NCBI RefSeq assembly: GCF_009914755.1
Contig: NC_060928.1
Origin: the human T2T-CHM13v2.0 reference genome, Homo sapiens
Length of the DNA: 64,000 nt
Strand: one strand, 5' to 3'
The position numbers and the translations under genes are program-made. The notes beneath the pieces were generated by a model, which saw only the letters and a list, made by a program, of their open reading frames with translations, searched no databases and was not told the origin of the DNA. Below are positions 25,101 through 40,100 of the stretch, one piece after another (position 1 is the stretch's first letter; every line of letters begins with the position of its first letter).

Positions 25101-28100
25101 AAAAAGGAAATATCTTCCCATAAAAACTAGACAGAAGCATTCTCAGAAACTTGTTTGTGATGTGTGTATTCAACTAACAGAGTTGAACTTTTGTTTTTAC
25201 AGAGCCGTTTTAAAACACTCTTTTTGTGGAATCAGAAAGTGGATATTCGGATGGCTCTGAGGATTTCGTTGGAAGCGGGATTACATATAAAATCTAGAGA
25301 GAAGCATTCTCAGGAACTTCTTTGTGATGTTTGCATTGAAGTCACAGAATTGAACATTCACTTTGATAGAGCAGGTTTGAAACACTCATTCTGTAGTATC
25401 TGGAAGTGGACATTTCAAGCGCTTTCAGGCCTATGGTGAGAAAGGAAATATCTTCGAATAAAAACTAGACAGAAGCATCCTCAGAAACTTATTTGTGATG
25501 TGTGTCCTCAACTAACAGAGTTGAAACTTTGTTTTGATACAGCATTTTGGAAACACTCTTTTTGTAGAATCTGCAGGTGGATATTTGGATAGCTTAGAGG
25601 GATTCGTTGGAAAGGGGATATCTTCATATAAAATCTAGACAGAAGCATTCTCAGAAACTTATTTGTGATGTGTGTCCTCAACTAACAGAGTTGAACCTTG
25701 GTTTTGATACAGCATTTTGGAAACACTCCTTTTGTAGAATCTGCATGTGGATATGTGGATAGCTCTGAAGATTTCGTTGGAAACGGGAATTTCTTCATAT
25801 AAAATCAAACAGAAGCATTCTCAGAAACTTCTCAGTGATGTTTGCATTCAGCTCATGGAGTTGAACACTTCCTTTCATAGAGCCGGTTTGAAACACTCTT
25901 TCTGCACTACCTGGAAGAGGACATTTCGAGCGCTTTGAGTCCTATGGTGAAAAAGGAAATATCTTCTCATAAAAACCAGAAAGAAGCATTCTCAGAAACT
26001 ACTTTGTGTTGTGTGTACTCATGTAACAGTGTTGAACCATCCTTTTGACAGAGCAGTTTTGAAACACTCTTTTTGTAGAATCTGCAAGTGGATATTTGGA
26101 TAGCTTTGAGGATTTCGTTGGAAACGGGATGACATATAATCTCTAGAGAGAAGCATACTCAGGAACTTCTTTGTGATGTTTGCATTCAAGTCACAGAATT
26201 GAACATTCCCTTTCATAGAGCAGGTTTGAAACACTCTTTCTCTAGTATCTGGAAGTGGGCATTTCAAGCGCTTTCAGGCCTATGGAGAGAAAGGAAATAC
26301 CTTCAAATAAAAACTAGACAGAAGCATTCTCAGAAACTTATTTGTGATGTGTGTCCTCAACTAACAGAGTTGAACCTTTGTTTTGATACAGCATTTTGGA
26401 AACACTCCTTTTGTAGAATCTGCAGGTGGATATTTGGATAACTTTGAAGATTTCGTTGGAAACCGGAATATCTTCATATAAAATCAAGACAGAAGCATTC
26501 TCGGAAACATCTCTGTGATGTTTGCATTCAACTCAGTAGAGTTGAACACTTCCTTTCCTAGAGCAGGTTTGAAACACTCTTTCTGCACTACCTGGAAGCG
26601 GACATTTCGAGCGCTTTGAGGCCTATGGTGAAAAAGGAAATATCTTCTCATAAAAACCAGAAAGAAGCATTCTCAGAAACTTCTTTGTGTTGTGTGTACT
26701 CAAGTAACAGTGTTGAACCTTCCTTTTGACACAGCAGTTTTGAAACACTCTTTTGGTAGAATCTGCAAGTGGATATTTGGATAGCTTTGAGGATTTCGTT
26801 GGAAACGGGTTATCTTCATATAAAATCCAGACAGGAGCATTCTCAGAAACTTCTTTGTGCTGCATGTCCTCAATTCACAGAGCTGAACCTTTGTTTGGAT
26901 ACAGCATTTTGGAAACATTCCTTTAGTAGAATCTGCAAGTTGATATTTAGATAGCTTTGAAGATTTCGTTGGAAACGGGAATATCTTCATAGAAAATCTA
27001 GACGGAAGCATTCTCAGAAACTGCTTTGTGATGTTTGCATTCAAGTCACAGAGTTGAATATTCCCTTTTATAGAGTAGGTTTGAAACACTCTTTCGGCAC
27101 TACCTGGAAGTGGATATTTCGAGCTCTTTGAGGCCTATGGTTAAAAGGAAATATCTTCCCATAAAAACTAGACAGAAGCCATCTCAGAAACTTGTTTGTG
27201 ATGTGTGTATTCAACTAACAGAGTTGAACATTTCTGTTACAGAGCAATTTTAAAACACTCTTTTTGTGGAATCTGAAAGTGGATAATTGGATAGCTTTGT
27301 GGATTTCGTTGGAAACGGGATGACATATAAAATCTAGAGAGAAGCATTCTCAGGAACTTCTTTCTGATGTTTGCATTCAAGTCACAGAATTGAACATTCC
27401 TTTTCATAGTGCAGGTTTGAAACACTCTTTCTGTAGTATCTGGAAGTGGACATTTCAAGCGCTTTCAGGCCTACGGGGAGAAAGGAAATATCTTCAAATA
27501 AAAACTAGACAGAAGGATTCTCAGAAACTTATTTGTGATGTGTGTCCTAAACGAACACAGTTGAACCTTTGTTTTGATACAGCATTTTGGAAACACTCCT
27601 TTTGTAGGATCTGCAGGTGGATATTTGGATAGATTTTAAGATTTCGTTGGAAACGGGAGTTTCTTCATAGAAACTCAAGACAGATGCATTCTCAGAAACA
27701 TCTCTGTGATGTTTGCATTCCACTCATAGAGTTGAAAACTTCCTTTCATAGAGCAGGTTTGAAACACTCTTTTTGTAATATTTGGAAGTGGACATTTGCA
27801 GCACTTTGAGGCCTATGGTGAAAAAGGAAATATCTTCTCATAAAAACCAGAAACAAGCATTCTCAGAAACTTCTTTTTGATGTGTGTACTCAAGTAACAG
27901 AGTTGAACCTTCCTTTTGACACAGCAGTTTTGAAACAATCTTTTTGTAGAATCTGCAAGTGGATATTTGGATAGCTTTGAGGATTTCGTTGGAAACGGGA
28001 TATCTTCATATAAAATCTAGACAGAAGCATTCTCAGAAACTTCTTTGTGCTGTATGCCCTCAATTAACAGAGTTGAACCATTGGATACAGCATTTTGGAA

Positions 28101-31100
28101 ACATTCCTTGAGTAGAATCTGCAAGTTGATATTTAGATAGATTTGAAGATTTCATTGGAAAAGGGAATATCTCCATATAAAATCTAGAGGGAAGCATTCT
28201 CAGAAACTGCTTTGTGATGTTTCCATTCAAGTCACAGAGTTGAATATTCCCTTTTATAGAGCACGTTTGAAACACTCTTTCTGCACTATCTGGAAGTGGA
28301 CATTTCGAGCGCTTTGAGGCCTATGGTGAAAAAGGAAATATCTTCCCATAAAAACTAGACAGAAGCATTCTCAGAAACTTGTTTGTGATGTGTGTATTCA
28401 ACTAACAGAGTTGAACTTTTGCTTTTACAGAGCCGTTTTAAAACACTCTTTTTGTGGAATCAGAAAGTGGATATTCGGATGGCTCTGAGGATTTCGTTGG
28501 AAGCGGGATTACATATAAAATCTAGAGAGAAGCATTCTCAGGAACTTCTTTGTGATGTTTGCATTGAAGTCACAGAATTGAACATTCACTTTGATAGAGC
28601 AGGTTTGAAACACTCATTCTGTAGTATCTGGAACTGGACATTTCAAGCGCTTTCAGGCCTATGGTGAGAAAGGAAATATCTTCGAATAAAAACTAGACAG
28701 AAGCATCCTCAGAAACTTATTTGTGATGTGTGTCCTCAACTAACAGAGTTGAAACTTTGTTTTGATACAGCATTTTGGAAACACTCTTTTTGTAGAATCT
28801 GCAGGTGGATATTTGGATAGCTTAGAGGGATTCGTTGGAAAGGGGATATCTTCATATAAAATCTAGACAGAAGCATTCTCAGAAACTTATTTGTGATGTG
28901 TGTCCTCAACTAACAGAGTGGAACCTTGGTTTTGATACAGCATTTTGGAAACACTCCTTTTGTAGAATCTGCAGGTGGATATGTGGATAGCTCTGAAGAT
29001 TTCGTTGGAAACGGGAATTTCTTCATATAAAATCAAACAGAAGCATTCTCAGAAACTTCTCAGTGATGTTTGCATTCAGCTCATGGAGTTGAACACTTCC
29101 TTTCATAGAACCGGTTTGAAACACTCTTTCTGCACTACCTGGAAGAGGACATTTCGAGCGCTTTGAGTCCTATGGTGAAAAAGGAAATATCTTCTCATAA
29201 AAACCAGAAAGAAGCATTCTCAGAAACTTCTTTGTGTTGTGTGTACTCATGTAACAGTGTTGAACCATCCTTTTGACAGAGCAGTTTTGAAACACTCTTT
29301 TTGTAGAATCTGCAAGTGGATATTTGGATAGCTTTGAGGATTTCGTTGGAAACGGGATGACATATAATATCTAGAGAGAAGCATTCTCAGGAACTTCTTT
29401 GTGATGTTTGCATTCAAGTCACAGAATTGAACATTCCCTTTCATAGAGCAGGTTTGAAACACTCTTTCTCTAGTATCTGGAAGTGGGCATTTCAAGCGCT
29501 TTCAGGCCTATGGAGAGAAAGGAAATACCTTCAAATAAAAACTAGACAGAAGCATTCTCAGAAACTTATTTGTGATGTGTGTCCTCAACTAACAGAGTTG
29601 AACCTTTGTTTTGATACAGCATTTTGGAAACACTCCTTTTGTAGAATCTGCAGGTGGATATTTGGATAACTTTGAAGATTTCATTGGAAACCGGAATATC
29701 TTCATATAAAATCAAGACAGAAGCATTCTCGGAAACATCTCTGTGATGTTTGCATTCAACTCAGTAGAGTTGAACACTTCCTTTCATAGAGCCGGTTTGA
29801 AACACTCTTTCTGCACTACCTGGAAGCGGACATTTCGAGCGCTTTGAGGCCTATGGTGAAAAAGGAAATATCTTCTCATAAAAACCAGAAAGAAGCATTC
29901 TCAGAAACTTCTTTGTGTTGTGTGTACTCAAGTAACAGTGTTGAACCTTCCTTTTGACACAGCAGTTTTGAAACACTCTTTTGGTAGAATCTGCAAGTGG
30001 ATATTTGGATAGCTTTGAGGATTTCGTTGGAAACGGGTTATCTTCATATAAAATCCAGACAGGAGCATTCTCAGAAACTTCTTTGTGCTGCATGTCCTCA
30101 ATTCACAGAGCTGAACCTTTGTTTGGATACAGCATTTTGGAAACATTCCTTTAGTAGAATCTGCAAGTTGATATTTAGATAGCTTTGAAGATTTCGTTGG
30201 AAACGGGAATATCTTCATAGAAAATCTAGACGGAAGCATTCTCAGAAACTGCTTTGTGATGTTTGCATTCAAGTCACAGAGTTGAATATTCCCTTTTATA
30301 GAGTAGGTTTGAAACACTCTTTCGGCACTACCTGGAAGTGGATATTTCGAGCTCTTTGAGGCCTATGGTTAAAAGGAAATATCTTCCCATAAAAACTAGA
30401 CAGAAGCCGTCTCAGAAACTGGTTTGTGATGTGTGTATTCAACTAACAGAGTTGAACATTTCTGTTACAGAGCAATTTTAAAACACTCTTTTTGTGGAAT
30501 CTGAAAGTGGATAATTGGATAGCTTTGTGGATTTCGTTGGAAACGGGATGACGTATAAAATCTAGAGAGAAGCATTCTCAGGAACTTCTTTGTGATGTTT
30601 GCATTCAAGTCACAGAATTGAACATTCCCTTTCATAGAGCAGGTTTGAAACACTCTTTCTCTAGTATCTGGAAGTGGGCATTTCAAGCGCTTTCAGGCCT
30701 ATGGAGAGAAAGGAAATACCTTCAAATAAAAACTAGACAGAAGGATTCTCAGAAACTTATTTGTGATGTGTGTCCTCAACTAACAGAGTTGAACTTTTGT
30801 TTTGATACAGCATTTTGGAAACACTCCTTTTGTAGGATCTGCAGGTGGATATTTGGATAGATTTTAAGATTTCGTTGGAAACGGGAGTTTCTTCATAGAA
30901 ACTCAAGACAGATGCATTCTCAGAAACATCTCTGTGATGTTTGCATTCCACTCATAGATTTGAAAACTTCCTTTCATAGAGCAGGTTTGAAACACTCTTT
31001 TTGTAATATTTGGAAGTGGACATTTGCAGCGCTTTGAGGCCTATGGTGAAAAAGGAAATATCTTCTCATAAAAACCAGAAACAAGCATTCTCAGAAACTT

Positions 31101-34100
31101 CTTTTTGATGTGTGTACTCAAGTAACAGAGTTGAACCTTCCTTTTGACACAGCAGTTTTGAAACAATCTTTTTGTAGAATCTGCAAGTGGATATTTGGAT
31201 AGCTTTGAGGATTTCGTTGGAAACGGGATATCTTCATATAAAATCTAGACAGAAGCATTCTCAGAAACTTCTTTGTGCTGTATGTCCTCAATTAACAGAG
31301 TTGAACCATTGCTTGGATACAGCATTTTGGAAACATTCCTTGAGTAGAATCTGCAAGTTGATATTTAGATAGATTTGAAGATTTCGTTGGAAAAGGGAAT
31401 ATCTCCATATAAAATCTAGAGGGAAGCATTCTCAGAAACTGCTTTGTGATGTTTCCATTCAAGTCACAGAGTTGAATATTCCCTTTTATAGAGCACGTTT
31501 GAAACACTCTTTCTGCACTATCTGGAAGTGGACATTTCGAGCGCTTTGAGGCCTATGGTGAAAAAGGAAATATCTTCCCATAAAAACTAGACAGAAGCAT
31601 TCTCAGAAACTTGTTTGTGATGTGTGTATTCAACTAACAGAGTTGAACTTTTGTTTTTACAGAGCCGTTTTAAAACACTCTTTTTGTGGAATCAGAAAGT
31701 GGATATTCGGATGGCTCTGAGGATTTCGTTGGAAGCGGGATTACATATAAAATCTAGAGAGAAGCATTCTCAGGAACTTCTTTGTGATGTTTGCATTGAA
31801 GTCACAGAATTGAACATTCACTTTGATAGAGCAGGTTTGAAACACTCATTCTGTAGTATCTGGAAGTGGACATTTCAAGCGCTTTCAGGCCTATGGTGAG
31901 AAAGGAAATATCTTCGAATAAAAACTAGACAGAAGCATCCTCAGAAACTTATTTGTGATGTGTGTCCTCAACTAACAGAGTTGAAACTTTGTTTTGATAC
32001 AGCATTTTGGAAACACTCTTTTTGTAGAATCTGCAGGTGGATATTTGGATAGCTTAGAGGGATTCGTTGGAAAGGGGATATCTTCATATAAAATCTAGAC
32101 AGAAGCATTCTCAGAAACTTATTTGTGATGTGTGTCCTCAACTAACAGAGTTGAACCTTGGTTTTGATACAGCATTTTGGAAACACTCCTTTTGTAGAAT
32201 CTGCAGGTGGATATGTGGATAGCTCTGAAGATTTCGTTGGAAACGGGAATTTCTTCATATAAAATCAAACAGAAGCATTCTCAGAAACTTCTCAGTGATG
32301 TTTGCATTCAGCTCATGGAGTTGAACACTTCCTTTCATAGAGCCGGTTTGAAACACTCTTTCTGCACTACCTGGAAGAGGACATTTCGAGCGCTTTGAGT
32401 CCTATGGTGAAAAAGGAAATATCTTCTCATAAAAACCAGAAAGAAGCATTCTCAGAAACTACTTTGTGTTGTGTGTACTCATGTAACAGTGTTGAACCAT
32501 CCTTTTGACAGAGCAGTTTTGAAACACTCTTTTTGTAGAATCTGCAAGTGGATATTTGGATAGCTTTGAGGATTTCGTTGGAAACGGGATGACATATAAT
32601 CTCTAGAGAGAAGCATACTCAGGAACTTCTTTGTGATGTTTGCATTCAAGTCACAGAATTGAACATTCCCTTTCATAGAGCAGGTTTGAAACACTCTTTC
32701 TCTAGTATCTGGAAGTGGGCATTTCAAGCGCTTTCAGGCCTATGGAGAGAAAGGAAATACCTTCAAATAAAAACTAGACAGAAGCATTCTCAGAAACTTA
32801 TTTGTGATGTGTGTCCTCAACTAACAGAGTTGAACCTTTGTTTTGATACAGCATTTTGGAAACACTCCTTTTGTAGAATCTGCAGGTGGATATTTGGATA
32901 ACTTTGAAGATTTCGTTGGAAACCGGAATATCTTCATATAAAATCAAGACAGAAGCATTCTCGGAAACATCTCTGTGATGTTTGCATTCAACTCAGTAGA
33001 GTTGAACACTTCCTTTCCTAGAGCAGGTTTGAAACACTCTTTCTGCACTACCTGGAAGCGGACATTTCGAGCGCTTTGAGGCCTATGGTGAAAAAGGAAA
33101 TATCTTCTCATAAAAACCAGAAAGAAGCATTCTCAGAAACTTCTTTGTGTTGTGTGTACTCAAGTAACAGTGTTGAACCTTCCTTTTGACACAGCAGTTT
33201 TGAAACACTCTTTTGGTAGAATCTGCAAGTGGATATTTGGATAGCTTTGAGGATTTCGTTGGAAACGGGTTATCTTCATATAAAATCCAGACAGGAGCAT
33301 TCTCAGAAACTTCTTTGTGCTGCATGTCCTCAATTCACAGAGCTGAACCTTTGTTTGGATACAGCATTTTGGAAACATTCCTTTAGTAGAATCTGCAAGT
33401 TGATATTTAGATAGCTTTGAAGATTTCGTTGGAAACGGGAATATCTTCATAGAAAATCTAGACGGAAGCATTCTCAGAAACTGCTTTGTGATGTTTGCAT
33501 TCAAGTCACAGAGTTGAATATTCCCTTTTATAGAGTAGGTTTGAAACACTCTTTCGGCACTACCTGGAAGTGGATATTTCGAGCTCTTTGAGGCCTATGG
33601 TTAAAAGGAAATATCTTCCCATAAAAACTAGACAGAAGCCATCTCAGAAACTTGTTTGTGATGTGTGTATTCAACTAAAAGAGTTGAACATTTCTGTTAC
33701 AGAGCAATTTTAAAACACTCTTTTTGTGGAATCTGAAAGTGGATAATTGGATAGCTTTGTGGATTTCGTTGGAAACGGGATGACATATAAAATCTAGAGA
33801 GAAGCATTCTCAGGAACTTCTTTCTGATGTTTGCATTCAAGTCACAGAATTGAACATTCCTTTTCATAGTGCAGGTTTGAAACACTCTTTCTGTAGTATC
33901 TGGAAGTGGACATTTCAAGCGCTTTCAGGCCTACGGGGAGAAAGGAAATATCTTCAAATAAAAACTAGACAGAAGGATTCTCAGAAACTTATTTGTGATG
34001 TGTGTCCTAAACGAACACAGTTGAACCTTTGTTTTGATACAGCATTTTGGAAACACTCCTTTTGTAGGATCTGCAGGTGGATATTTGGATAGATTTTAAG

Positions 34101-37100
34101 ATTTCGTTGGAAACGGGAGTTTCTTCATAGAAACTCAAGACAGATGCATTCTCAGAAACATCTCTGTGATGTTTGCATTCCACTCATAGAGTTGAAAACT
34201 TCCTTTCATAGAGCAGGTTTGAAACACTCTTTTTGTAATATTTGGAAGTGGACATTTGCAGCACTTTGAGGCCTATGGTGAAAAAGGAAATATCTTCTCA
34301 TAAAAACCAGAAACAAGCATTCTCAGAAACTTCTTTTTGATGTGTGTACTCAAGTAACAGAGTTGAACCTTCCTTTTGACACAGCAGTTTTGAAACAATC
34401 TTTTTGTAGAATCTGCAAGTGGATATTTGGATAGCTTTGAGGATTTCGTTGGAAACGGGATATCTTCATATAAAATCTAGACAGAAGCATTCTCAGAAAC
34501 TTCTTTGTGCTGTATGCCCTCAATTAACAGAGTTGAACCATTGGATACAGCATTTTGGAAACATTCCTTGAGTAGAATCTGCAAGTTGATATTTAGATAG
34601 ATTTGAAGATTTCATTGGAAAAGGGAATATCTCCATATAAAATCTAGAGGGAAGCATTCTCAGAAACTGCTTTGTGATGTTTCCATTCAAGTCACAGAGT
34701 TGAATATTCCCTTTTATAGAGCACGTTTGAAACACTCTTTCTGCACTATCTGGAAGTGGACATTTCGAGCGCTTTGAGGCCTATGGTGAAAAAGGAAATA
34801 TCTTCCCATAAAAACTAGACAGAAGCATTCTCAGAAACTTGTTTGTGATGTGTGTATTCAACTAACAGAGTTGAACTTTTGCTTTTACAGAGCCGTTTTA
34901 AAACACTCTTTTTGTGGAATCAGAAAGTGGATATTCGGATGGCTCTGAGGATTTCGTTGGAAGCGGGATTACATATAAAATCTAGAGAGAAGCATTCTCA
35001 GGAACTTCTTTGTGATGTTTGCATTGAAGTCACAGAATTGAACATTCACTTTGATAGAGCAGGTTTGAAACACTCATTCTGTAGTATCTGGAACTGGACA
35101 TTTCAAGCGCTTTCAGGCCTATGGTGAGAAAGGAAATATCTTCGAATAAAAACTAGACAGAAGCATCCTCAGAAACTTATTTGTGATGTGTGTCCTCAAC
35201 TAACAGAGTTGAAACTTTGTTTTGATACAGCATTTTGGAAACACTCTTTTTGTAGAATCTGCAGGTGGATATTTGGATAGCTTAGAGGGATTCGTTGGAA
35301 AGGGGATATCTTCATATAAAATCTAGACAGAAGCATTCTCAGAAACTTATTTGTGATGTGTGTCCTCAACTAACAGAGTGGAACCTTGGTTTTGATACAG
35401 CATTTTGGAAACACTCCTTTTGTAGAATCTGCAGGTGGATATGTGGATAGCTCTGAAGATTTCGTTGGAAACGGGAATTTCTTCATATAAAATCAAACAG
35501 AAGCATTCTCAGAAACTTCTCAGTGATGTTTGCATTCAGCTCATGGAGTTGAACACTTCCTTTCATAGAACCGGTTTGAAACACTCTTTCTGCACTACCT
35601 GGAAGAGGACATTTCGAGCGCTTTGAGTCCTATGGTGAAAAAGGAAATATCTTCTCATAAAAACCAGAAAGAAGCATTCTCAGAAACTTCTTTGTGTTGT
35701 GTGTACTCATGTAACAGTGTTGAACCATCCTTTTGACAGAGCAGTTTTGAAACACTCTTTTTGTAGAATCTGCAAGTGGATATTTGGATAGCTTTGAGGA
35801 TTTCGTTGGAAACGGGATGACATATAATATCTAGAGAGAAGCATTCTCAGGAACTTCTTTGTGATGTTTGCATTCAAGTCACAGAATTGAACATTCCCTT
35901 TCATAGAGCAGGTTTGAAACACTCTTTCTCTAGTATCTGGAAGTGGGCATTTCAAGCGCTTTCAGGCCTATGGAGAGAAAGGAAATACCTTCAAATAAAA
36001 ACTAGACAGAAGCATTCTCAGAAACTTATTTGTGATGTGTGTCCTCAACTAACAGAGTTGAACCTTTGTTTTGATACAGCATTTTGGAAACACTCCTTTT
36101 GTAGAATCTGCAGGTGGATATTTGGATAACTTTGAAGATTTCATTGGAAACCGGAATATCTTCATATAAAATCAAGACAGAAGCATTCTCGGAAACATCT
36201 CTGTGATGTTTGCATTCAACTCAGTAGAGTTGAACACTTCCTTTCATAGAGCCGGTTTGAAACACTCTTTCTGCACTACCTGGAAGCGGACATTTCGAGC
36301 GCTTTGAGGCCTATGGTGAAAAAGGAAATATCTTCTCATAAAAACCAGAAAGAAGCATTCTCAGAAACTTCTTTGTGTTGTGTGTACTCAAGTAACAGTG
36401 TTGAACCTTCCTTTTGACACAGCAGTTTTGAAACACTCTTTTGGTAGAATCTGCAAGTGGATATTTGGATAGCTTTGAGGATTTCGTTGGAAACGGGTTA
36501 TCTTCATATAAAATCCAGACAGGAGCATTCTCAGAAACTTCTTTGTGCTGCATGTCCTCAATTCACAGAGCTGAACCTTTGTTTGGATACAGCATTTTGG
36601 AAACATTCCTTTAGTAGAATCTGCAAGTTGATATTTAGATAGCTTTGAAGATTTCGTTGGAAACGGGAATATCTTCATAGAAAATCTAGACGGAAGCATT
36701 CTCAGAAACTGCTTTGTGATGTTTGCATTCAAGTCACAGAGTTGAATATTCCCTTTTATAGAGTAGGTTTGAAACACTCTTTCGGCACTACCTGGAAGTG
36801 GATATTTCGAGCTCTTTGAGGCCTATGGTTAAAAGGAAATATCTTCCCATAAAAACTAGACAGAAGCCGTCTCAGAAACTTGTTTGTGATGTGTGTATTC
36901 AACTAACAGAGTTGAACATTTCTGTTACAGAGCAATTTTAAAACACTCTTTTTGTGGAATCTGAAAGTGGATAATTGGATAGCTTTGTGGATTTCGTTGG
37001 AAACGGGATGACGTATAAAATCTAGAGAGAAGCATTCTCAGGAACTTCTTTGTGATGTTTGCATTCAAGTCACAGAATTGAACATTCCCTTTCATAGAGC

Positions 37101-40100
37101 AGGTTTGAAACACTCTTTCTCTAGTATCTGGAAGTGGGCATTTCAAGCGCTTTCAGGCCTATGGAGAGAAAGGAAATACCTTCAAATAAAAACTAGACAG
37201 AAGCATTCTCAGAAACTTATTTGTGATGTGTGTCCTCAACTAACAGAGTTGAACTTTTGTTTTGATACAGCATTTTGGAAACACTCCTTTTGTAGGATCT
37301 GCAGGTGGATATTTGGATAGATTTTAAGATTTCGTTGGAAACGGGAGTTTCTTCATAGAAACTCAAGACAGATGCATTCTCAGAAACATCTCTGTGATGT
37401 TTGCATTCCACTCATAGATTTGAAAACTTCCTTTCATAGAGCAGGTTTGAAACACTCTTTTTGTAATATTTGGAAGTGGACATTTGCAGCGCTTTGAGGC
37501 CTATGGTGAAAAAGGAAATATCTTCTCATAAAAACCAGAAACAAGCATTCTCAGAAACTTCTTTTTGATGTGTGTACTCAAGTAACAGAGTTGAACCTTC
37601 CTTTTGACACAGCAGTTTTGAAACAATCTTTTTGTAGAATCTGCAAGTGGATATTTGGATAGCTTTGAGGATTTCGTTGGAAACGGGATATCTTCATATA
37701 AAATCTAGACAGAAGCATTCTCAGAAACTTCTTTGTGCTGTATGTCCTCAATTAACAGAGTTGAACCATTGCTTGGATACAGCATTTTGGAAACATTCCT
37801 TGAGTAGAATCTGCAAGTTGATATTTAGATAGATTTGAAGATTTCGTTGGAAAAGGGAATATCTCCATATAAAATCTAGAGGGAAGCATTCTCAGAAACT
37901 GCTTTGTGATGTTTCCATTCAAGTCACAGAGTTGAATATTCCCTTTTATAGAGCACGTTTGAAACACTCTTTCTGCACTATCTGGAAGTGGACATTTCGA
38001 GCGCTTTGAGGCCTATGGTGAAAAATTAAATATCTTCCCATAAAAACTAGACAGAAGCATTCTCAGAAACTTGTTTGTGATGTGTGTATTCAACTAACAG
38101 AGTTGAACTTTTGTTTTTACAGAGCCGTTTTAAAACACTCTTTTTGTGGAATCAGAAAGTGGATATTCGGATGGCTCTGAGGATTTCGTTGGAAGCGGGA
38201 TTACATATAAAATCTAGAGAGAAGCATTCTCAGGAACTTCTTTGTGATGTTTGCATTGAAGTCACAGAATTGAACATTCACTATGATAGAGCATGTTTGA
38301 AACACTCATTCTGTAGTATCTGGAAGTGGACATTTCAAGCGCTTTCAGGCCTATGGTGAGAAAGGAAATATCTTCGAATAAAAACTAGACAGAAGCATCC
38401 TCAGAAACTTATTTGTGATGTGTGTCCTCAACTAACAGAGTTGAAACTTTGTTTTGATACAGCATTTTGGAAACACTCTTTTTGTAAAATCTGCAGGTGG
38501 ATATTTGGATAGCTTAGAGGGATTCGTTGGAAAGGGGATATCTTCATATAAAATCTAGACAGAAGCATTCTCAGAAACTTATTTGTGATGTGTGTCCTCA
38601 ACTAACAGAGTTGAACCTTGGTTTTGATACAGCATTTTGGAAACACTCCTTTTGTAGAATCTGCAGGTGGATATGTGGATAGCTCTGAAGATTTCGTTGG
38701 AAACGGGAATTTCTTCATATAAAATCAAACAGAAGCATTCTCAGAAACTTCTCAGTGATGTTTGCATTCAGCTCATGGAGTTGAACACTTCCTTTCATAG
38801 AGCCGGTTTGAAACACTCTTTCTGCACTACCTGGAAGAGGACATTTCGAGCGCTTTGAGTCCTATGGTGAAAAAGGAAATATCTTCTCATAAAAACCAGA
38901 AAGAAGCATTCTCAGAAACTACTTTGTGTTGTGTGTACTCATGTAACAGTGTTGAACCATCCTTTTGACAGAGCAGTTTTGAAACACTCTTTTTGTAGAA
39001 TCTGCAAGTGGATATTTGGATAGCTTTGAGGATTTCGTTGGAAACGGGATGACATATAATCTCTAGAGAGAAGCATACTCAGGAACTTCTTTGTGATGTT
39101 TGCATTCAAGTCACAGAATTGAACATTCCCTTTCATAGAGCAGGTTTGAAACACTCTTTCTCTAGTATCTGGAAGTGGGCATTTCAAGCGCTTTCAGGCC
39201 TATGGAGAGAAAGGAAATACCTTCAAATAAAAACTAGACAGAAGCATTCTCAGAAACTTATTTGTGATGTGTGTCCTCAACTAACAGAGTTGAACCTTTG
39301 TTTTGATACAGCATTTTGGAAACACTCCTTTTGTAGAATCTGCAGGTGGATATTTGGATAACTTTGAAGATTTCGTTGGAAACCGGAATATCTTCATATA
39401 AAATCAAGACAGAAGCATTCTCGGAAACATCTCTGTGATGTTTGCATTCAACTCAGTAGAGTTGAACACTTCCTTTCATAGAGCAGGTTTGAAACACTCT
39501 TTCTGCACTACCTGGAAGCGGACATTTCGAGCGCTTTGAGGCCTATGGTGAAAAAGGAAATATCTTCTCATAAAAACCAGAAAGAAGCATTCTCAGAAAC
39601 TTCTTTGTGTTGTGTGTACTCAAGTAACAGTGTTGAACCTTCCTTTTGACACAGCAGTTTTGAAACACTCTTTTGGTAGAATCTGCAAGTGGATATTTGG
39701 ATAGCTTTGAGGATTTCGTTGGAAACGGGTTATCTTCATATAAAATCCAGACAGGAGCATTCTCAGAAACTTCTTTGTGCTGCATGTCCTCAATTCACAG
39801 AGCTGAACCTTTGTTTGGATACAGCATTTTGGAAACATTCCTTTAGTAGAATCTGCAAGTTGATATTTAGATAGCTTTGAAGATTTCGTTGGAAACGGGA
39901 ATATCTTCATAGAAAATCTAGACGGAAGCATTCTCAGAAACTGCTTTGTGATGTTTGCATTCAAGTCACAGAGTTGAATATTCCCTTTTATAGAGTAGGT
40001 TTGAAACACTCTTTCGGCACTACCTGGAAGTGGATATTTCGAGCTCTTTGAGGCCTATGGTTAAAAGGAAATATCTTCCCATAAAAACTAGACAGAAGCC

